Part shown: positions 58,051 to 64,000 of the stretch, in pieces
Layout of the letters: each line of letters begins with the position of its first letter
How positions within the stretch are numbered: position 1 is the first letter of the stretch
Virus record (IMG/VR): IMGVR_UViG_3300020049_002596
Coordinates: 1 to 64,000 of that record
Source: a virus
Taxonomy: Duplodnaviria > Caudoviricetes
DNA: 64,000 nt
Reading direction: 5' to 3' (one strand)
Translations under genes and position numbers: made by a program
The notes under the pieces: model-generated
Database searches by the model: none
Seen by the model: only the letters and a program-made list of their open reading frames with translations
Told to the model about the DNA's origin: nothing

Positions 58051-58560
58051 ATGAACCCACAAATATTAGGGGCTATAGATAGCCTAGAAAAAAAAGTTGC
58101 AGACTTATATCATAAACTTAAGTCAAATACAGGGACAGTACCAACTCAAGTAGGGATTTTAAAAAGTGCTCAAATTACAATCACTTCTTCTGAAATCTTA
58201 AGTTCTTCAGGTTTTTCAAAACTATTAGTAAGTTCTGTACCTGGTAAAGTGTTAATACCTGTTTCTGTTAATGCTTATAGAAAAGCAGGAGGGACAGCTT
58301 ATTCTATTTCAAATTCAGTAAGACTATTTAGTAGTAGTAGTGCTGGCTCTTCATCAATTGGAAATGGGACATTAGATTCTGTTTTTCAAAGTCCTTCACC
58401 ACAAACAACTATTGCTCCAGTATCTACTTCTAATTTTTCTCTTATAGTAGGGAATAGTTTATATGTAGCTTCTAATAGTTTAGTAATGCCAAGTGTAATA
58501 ACTGGAGGAACTGGAGATTTAATTGTGTGTGTTACATACACAGAAGTTGATGCTGCTTAA
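58051..58560 (+). CDS. Ser-rich hypothetical protein
   Basis: 169-aa ORF. Confidence 0.6.
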   Translation: MNPQILGAIDSLEKKVADLYHKLKSNTGTVPTQVGILKSAQITITSSEILSSSGFSKLLVSSVPGKVLIPVSVNAYRKAGGTAYSISNSVRLFSSSSAGSSSIGNGTLDSVFQSPSPQTTIAPVSTSNFSLIVGNSLYVASNSLVMPSVITGGTGDLIVCVTYTEVDAA

Positions 58561-58601
58561 TTATTTAAGTGTCTTCTTTATAATATTTAAACTAAACTAA
58601 G

Positions 58602-59624
58602 ATGAACCAAAGATTTCAATATGTTACAGTAGATACTATCCTATCCAAGTATCTAAGAGACTTCAGGGGTGTAGAACTTAATGAAGATGAAGCTATTGAG
58701 TGGATAGGAGAAGCATTAGGATTCATGCAAATGGCATCTGCTTCTGAAGAGGCTATAGCTTTCCTTGAAGTTAAAAACTATCAAGCAGCTTTGCCTAATG
58801 GTTTACATTATATTATCCAAGTTGCAAAAAGTAACTCTTGGGCTCCTACAGAGCCTGAGACTTGTACTCCAGAAGTTATAGTTCAGGACTTAGTTCCTGT
58901 AACAGACCCAGACCCACTAGCTTGCTATGGGGGTTGGACTTCTAACTTAGTTGCTGTAGATGCTAAAGGAGATTTAATTGGGGATCAAGAAATAGCTTAC
59001 TACAGACCTTACTTTGACTTACAGTATGAATACTTAGGTTGGGCTCAATCTAAATTGTTTAGAACAAAGTTTACTCCTGTTAGGTTAGCTAATCATACTT
59101 TCTTTAATACTTTAGTTTGTCAGACAGATGAAAATGCAGGGTTGTATGGAGAAAGCAATACTACAGGAAAAGATGAGTACACTATTGTAGGTGACCAACT
59201 TAGATTTAGTTTTCAAGAAGGGTATGTAGCAGTAGCTTATTTAAGACAAAGAGTAGATCATGAAACTGGATATCCTATGGTTCCAGATGATGAGTCTGCT
59301 AAAGCTGCTATTACTTATTACTTAGGTTGGAAAACTAAAGAAAGAGAAGCTTGGAATCACAGAGAAGGTGCTATGCAATTAGCTCAAGTAGCTGAAGCAA
59401 GATGGTTAAAATATATTAAGCAGTTCAAGAACAAAGCTAAGATGCCTTGGGGAACTGATGACTATGAAGACCTTATGGAGCAATCCAATTACTTAATACC
59501 AAGAACTAAAAGATACTATGGTTTCTTTGGTAAACTTGGTCAAGCTGAAGATAGGATTTTTAATGACCCTAACTTTACAAACAAATACAGATACACATCA
59601 GGTAACTCAGCTTATATGAGATAA
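58602..59624 (+). CDS. Tail tubular protein (P22 gp4-like ring)
   Basis: IEWIGEAL, GYPMVPDD; directly before the muzzle gene. Confidence 0.7.
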   Translation: MNQRFQYVTVDTILSKYLRDFRGVELNEDEAIEWIGEALGFMQMASASEEAIAFLEVKNYQAALPNGLHYIIQVAKSNSWAPTEPETCTPEVIVQDLVPVTDPDPLACYGGWTSNLVAVDAKGDLIGDQEIAYYRPYFDLQYEYLGWAQSKLFRTKFTPVRLANHTFFNTLVCQTDENAGLYGESNTTGKDEYTIVGDQLRFSFQEGYVAVAYLRQRVDHETGYPMVPDDESAKAAITYYLGWKTKEREAWNHREGAMQLAQVAEARWLKYIKQFKNKAKMPWGTDDYEDLMEQSNYLIPRTKRYYGFFGKLGQAEDRIFNDPNFTNKYRYTSGNSAYMR

Positions 59625-59626
59625 TT

Positions 59627-62600
59627 ATGGCTCAAGAAAAACAACAAGGAGGAATTAGTGTAAACATTCCTGGAGGATTAAATACAGACTCCTCTTTAGT
59701 AAATCAACCTGAAGGAACAACTAGATTTGTTTTTACAGGAGTAAATGAAACTAAAGAAGGAGACTATGGTTTTATTGCAAATGAAGAGTCTAACCAAGAA
59801 TGTTATGATCTTGCTGCTAATAATTTACTAGGCCCTGGGTATATACCTATGGGTAAAGTTTATATTGGAGATGAGAACAATGCTATTCTTTTAGCTAATC
59901 CTAATGGTGATTCTGCTATTATTATAGTAGATAAAAACTGTAAGACAACTGTTGCTTTTAGTGACAAGAATCAAACAGAGAAAATGGGTTTCAAAATAAA
60001 TCAACAAATTGATGCAACTTTCAGATTAAGAAGAGGTTGTGAAAGAGTTATTTATTGGGTAGACCCTAAACCTAGAATGTTCATCTTTGATAAAGAAGAA
60101 GAATTCAAAGACCCTGTTACAGGGAAATGGGATATCTCTAAATTTGGTTTGTTTAAAACTTACAAAAAAATTCCTGTTGTTACTGATATAGAAGTTGTAG
60201 ATGGTGCTGGAGTATTACCTCCAGGTTCTTATAACTTTTCTATTCAATACCTTGATGAAGACTTTAATCCTACAGAATTTGTTACAAGTACTGAGACTGT
60301 TGTGATTTACAATACTCCTTCCACTTCTTCTTATAGAGAAAAGAGAGGAGCTACAATGGAAAAGAATGACTCTTATCTAAATTTTGAAAACAGTAACAAA
60401 GCTATTAAGATAGTTTTTGATGCTGCTTCTTTAGATACTACATTCCCTTTCTATAGATTAGCAATTACAGAAGCTAACACTGGGCAAGGCTCTGTTAGTG
60501 ATACTAAATATACTTCTGAACTATCTACAAGAAATACTACTTTCTATTACACAGGGCTTAATTATGAAAGCACAGGTACTCAAGCTGAGGTTACTATGTT
60601 CAATAACATAATTGAAAGAGCTCAAAGTATAGAGCAAATAGAAAATAGATTAGTTCTTGGAAATGTAGAAGGTAAGCAAATTAACTTTTGTAAACTTCAA
60701 AAGTATGCAAGTAAAATCAATACGGATTTAATTACTAAAACAGTTGTAGTCTCTACTACTGATAAGAGTAATGCTAAAGATCCTGCTGCTCACTTTAATG
60801 GAATTGGGTACATGCCAGGAGAGATTTACTCTCTTGCTATTGTGTATATCTTTGCAGATAACACAACTTCTCCAGCTTTCCATATACCAGGAAAAAGTCA
60901 CAATGTACCTAATAACTATATGTTCTCATCAGGTGCTTCTGTCTATCCTATGAGCAATATTGACAATGCTTGTACTGATACAAGATACATTGACAATAAT
61001 ACTTGTGGTACAGATACTTTTTGGGGAGTAGATTCTCAAGGAGATTCATTGACTAACCAAGCTGTAAGACATCACAGATTTCCTCTAAGAACAGATTACA
61101 ATATTCCTTTTGTTACAAAAGTTCCAGCTGCTGCTGCACTTACTTTTGTAAAAAATCTTAATATAACTGTAAGTAAGACAGGGGCTATTTGTCCTGCAGA
61201 ATGTCCTACCACAAATCCTCCTGCAGGTTGTACTCCTACTCTAGGAAACTTTGGTTCTCCAGGAGATTTTGGTCCTTATACTTATACTGTAAACTACACT
61301 GAAGATTCTACTTCAGGAGTTTTATCTAGTGTAATAGACCCTCAACTATATGTAGTAACAGTAGGAGATAACACTACTCAAAATGTTAACTACTATGCTA
61401 ACTCTGGAAACTTGTATGGTGCTTCCATTGTAATTACAGATATTGAAGAAAGCTTTGATTATCCTACTACTCCTAATACAGTTTCTATGACAGGACCTAC
61501 TTTAGATTCTATCACAGGAATGTATAAGTACACAGGTACTTCTACTGTAACAGGTATGACTTATTCTATTGTAATAGGAATAGGTACACAAGATGCTTCA
61601 GATCCTTTATATTCAGCTGAGATATTTGGACTTAACTTTTCTAATATTCACAAACCTTCTTTAGCAGATACTAATGGGGAAGAAATTGTAGGATACTATA
61701 TTGTAAGACAAGAAAGAAAAGAATCAGATAGAACTATTGTAGATAGTGCTGTATTGACTTCAACTACTAAAGAGAAAAACTTTGTAGCACAAGGACTTTT
61801 GTTTCCACAATATGCTAATCCTGGAGAACAAGTTGCAAAAATTAAAAAAGATACTGTAGGTTTAATTTATCCTGAACACAAATTTAATGACAGAAAGTAT
61901 TCTACATTTAGTAAGATTGTGCAACAAGGTAAATTTACTAAAATAAAAGCCATAGCTAGTAGAACTAAAATTAATGATGTTGCTGATGGTAGTGGATATG
62001 TAAGTGGAAAACATAAAGACGGAGAAAGTGATGATGATGGTTTTAGCATACAAATTAAAACCAGAGATAACATAACTAACTTTGTTGGTCAGAACACTTT
62101 TACTTTAGACAGTACTAACATTAAAGAGTTGTATTATCTTTCTGCATTAGAAGATAAATTAACTGAAGACAGTACTAATACAGGTATAGATGTTTTTAAT
62201 TTGGCTTGTGATAACAAAGTAGGTATTGTACAATTAAAACAAAACTATACTTTTAATACTGTGTCAAGTTTACCTTATGTGTATTTATACAGAGATATTC
62301 TAGAACCTTATTCTAACTTTAGATTAACTCCTTATTATAAAGAAAGTAGAAACCCTGAGACTTTTGACCCTCTTACAAATACTAGCACTGTAGCTATTTG
62401 GAATGGAGATAGTTACATTAGTTCTATTAGATATGTAAATAGTATTTACTTTGACACTAGAATGAAAAAGAGAGCAGGTAAAACTTCTGTTTGGAATTAT
62501 ATTATTGCTGCTGTATTAGTAGTAGTAGCTGTAGTGGTAACAATTTTTAGTGCAGGATTAGGTACAGCTGTTGGAGTAGGTTTAGTAAGTTTAGCTGTAG

Positions 62601-64000
62601 GTCTTGTAGGAGTTGCAACTACTTTAGTTATTTCAGGTATTCAACAAGATGCTTGGAATAAAGCTTACAATATATTATATGATCAAGGGCTTAGAGAAAC
62701 TATTACAGATTCTTACATGCAAGATGATGTAGATCCTATTAGTGGAAGACCAAGAGGATTTAGAAAAAATCCTTCTGATGATGAGATTCAATGGTTAGGA
62801 GATTGTGCAAACCTTTGGTTTGAATCTTCAGTTAATATGGGATTAAGACATGGTGCCACTGACAATACTCCTGACTTCTTAAATGCTCCTGGGTTAGTTG
62901 AATCAGGAACTACTTATGGAGAATGGGATAGAGAATATTTTGGTATACACTCAGTTGGTTCTCAAGATGTTCCTCCTACTACTGCTTTAGATTTCCACAT
63001 GGTTAAGAAATTGACTTACTTAGATGCAAATAGAAAAGCTGGTAGAGCTTACATTGGTTTAGCTGCTGCTGAAGTATATGCTTTAAATCCTGACTACACA
63101 AGAAGAAATAAACAAAAGGCTTATGAGCATTTAGGTTTAGAGTATGACTGTTGTACAGACTGTGTTGAAACTTTTCCACATAGATTCCATTGGTCAGAGC
63201 AAGCTTTTCAAGAAGAGATTACAGATAACTTTAGAATGTTCTTACCTAACAACTACAAAGATCTTGAAGCTGAGACAGGTAAGTTAACAGATATGTTTAG
63301 AATGCAAAACAATCTTTATGTTCACACTGAAGAAGGTCTTTGGCATTGTCCTCAGACTTTCCAAGAAAGGGTGACTAGTGATATTATCTCTTTCATAGGT
63401 ACTGGAGAATATTTCTCTGTGCCTCCTAGAAAGATAGTAGATGATGCAAACTCTTCTGCAGGTAATATGCACAAGTGGGCAAGAACTAAAACTAAGCATG
63501 GAGTATTGTTTCCTTCTTGGAAAGAAAAGAAATGGTATTTATTTGATGGTCAACAATTGAAACCAATTAGTGATAATGGTAACAGCAACTACTTTAAAAC
63601 TCACATGGACTTTTTAGTAGAGCAACAATACTATGCTACTAATTCTGCAGAATACCCATATAGAAATAATCCTTCAAATGCTTTAGGAGTAGGGTTCTTA
63701 TCTACTTATGATAGTAACAAAGAAAGACTTATTGTTACTAAAAAAGATATGAAGATTACTAATCTTCCTACAGCTCCTTATGAGATTTGCAGTGAAGGAC
63801 CTCAACCTATTATTTTTACTAATATGGCTCAAACTATTGCAACAAGACTTGCAGCAGGTTGGACTTATATTGGAATAGAGAATTGTAAAATGAAGTTTGA
63901 AAAAACAACTTATGAGACAGTTACTAGTATAGCTAATCAATATGTTTCTGTAGCTAATGATATGGACATCTGGGCTTTCTTTGATACTTCTGGTTCTTTT
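59627..64000 (+). CDS. Tail stabilization/muzzle protein (P22 gp10-like), partial
   Basis: ATG 59627 MAQEKQQGG...GGLNTDSSLVNQPEG; frame spot-checked as open; absent from the track because it runs off the window end. Confidence 0.75.
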   Translation, partial: MAQEKQQGGISVNIPGGLNTDSSLVNQPEGTTRFVFTGVNETKEGDYGFIANEESNQECYDLAANNLLGPGYIPMGKVYIGDENNAILLANPNGDSAIIIVDKNCKTTVAFSDKNQTEKMGFKINQQIDATFRLRRGCERVIYWVDPKPRMFIFDKEEEFKDPVTGKWDISKFGLFKTYKKIPVVTDIEVVDGAGVLPPGSYNFSIQYLDEDFNPTEFVTSTETVVIYNTPSTSSYREKRGATMEKNDSYLNFENSNKAIKIVFDAASLDTTFPFYRLAITEANTGQGSVSDTKYTSELSTRNTTFYYTGLNYESTGTQAEVTMFNNIIERAQSIEQIENRLVLGNVEGKQINFCKLQKYASKINTDLITKTVVVSTTDKSNAKDPAAHFNGIGYMPGEIYSLAIVYIFADNTTSPAFHIPGKSHNVPNNYMFSSGASVYPMSNIDNACTDTRYIDNNTCGTDTFWGVDSQGDSLTNQAVRHHRFPLRTDYNIPFVTKVPAAAALTFVKNLNITVSKTGAICPAECPTTNPPAGCTPTLGNFGSPGDFGPYTYTVNYTEDSTSGVLSSVIDPQLYVVTVGDNTTQNVNYYANSGNLYGASIVITDIEESFDYPTTPNTVSMTGPTLDSITGMYKYTGTSTVTGMTYSIVIGIGTQDASDPLYSAEIFGLNFSNIHKPSLADTNGEEIVGYYIVRQERKESDRTIVDSAVLTSTTKEKNFVAQGLLFPQYANPGEQVAKIKKDTVGLIYPEHKFNDRKYSTFSKIVQQGKFTKIKAIASRTKINDVADGSGYVSGKHKDGESDDDGFSIQIKTRDNITNFVGQNTFTLDSTNIKELYYLSALEDKLTEDSTNTGIDVFNLACDNKVGIVQLKQNYTFNTVSSLPYVYLYRDILEPYSNFRLTPYYKESRNPETFDPLTNTSTVAIWNGDSYISSIRYVNSIYFDTRMKKRAGKTSVWNYIIAAVLVVVAVVVTIFSAGLGTAVGVGLVSLAVGLVGVATTLVISGIQQDAWNKAYNILYDQGLRETITDSYMQDDVDPISGRPRGFRKNPSDDEIQWLGDCANLWFESSVNMGLRHGATDNTPDFLNAPGLVESGTTYGEWDREYFGIHSVGSQDVPPTTALDFHMVKKLTYLDANRKAGRAYIGLAAAEVYALNPDYTRRNKQKAYEHLGLEYDCCTDCVETFPHRFHWSEQAFQEEITDNFRMFLPNNYKDLEAETGKLTDMFRMQNNLYVHTEEGLWHCPQTFQERVTSDIISFIGTGEYFSVPPRKIVDDANSSAGNMHKWARTKTKHGVLFPSWKEKKWYLFDGQQLKPISDNGNSNYFKTHMDFLVEQQYYATNSAEYPYRNNPSNALGVGFLSTYDSNKERLIVTKKDMKITNLPTAPYEICSEGPQPIIFTNMAQTIATRLAAGWTYIGIENCKMKFEKTTYETVTSIANQYVSVANDMDIWAFFDTSGSF

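Noticed and set aside
945-63940. Numerous short opposite-strand ORFs in the track
   Set aside because: They overlap well-supported genes and have no recognisable motifs
1-64000. Stop-codon reassignment as in some crAss-like phages
   Set aside because: Core genes are full length in the standard code, and TAG and TGA both end genes

Overview
This window is 64 kb of an AT-rich, strongly CG-depleted crAss-like (Crassvirales-type) podophage genome. The host is most likely Bacteroidota (Flavobacteriaceae-like), inferred from recurrent TAnnTTTG promoters. It uses the standard genetic code. Two arms diverge from a non-coding region at ~30.4-30.75 kb. The left arm (minus strand) has small early genes behind a repeated CAAAACCCTCAC-N8-AGTATTAA motif, an ncRNA cluster (tmRNA with a 44-aa tag and an abutting tRNA-like element), and a replication/repair block (Dda-like, SF2 and DnaB-like helicases, PolA, AAA ATPase, primase, exonuclease, resolvase, ligase, SP-lyase-like radical SAM, MazG, GroES). 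The right arm (plus strand) has endolysin, TerL, portal, scaffold, MCP, ring proteins, tail fibres, holin, tail tube and the start of the muzzle protein. The main candidates for new biology are: (1) an apparently complete phage ubiquitin-like conjugation operon (Ubl precursor, E2-like, JAB, E1); (2) mucin-like Thr/Ser virion proteins next to a peptide O-glycosyltransferase-like gene; (3) the long-tag tmRNA; (4) a GIY-YIG endonuclease inserted in a Walker A motif and carrying a recoded replacement 5' end for its host gene. All annotations come from motif recognition by eye; no database searches were run.
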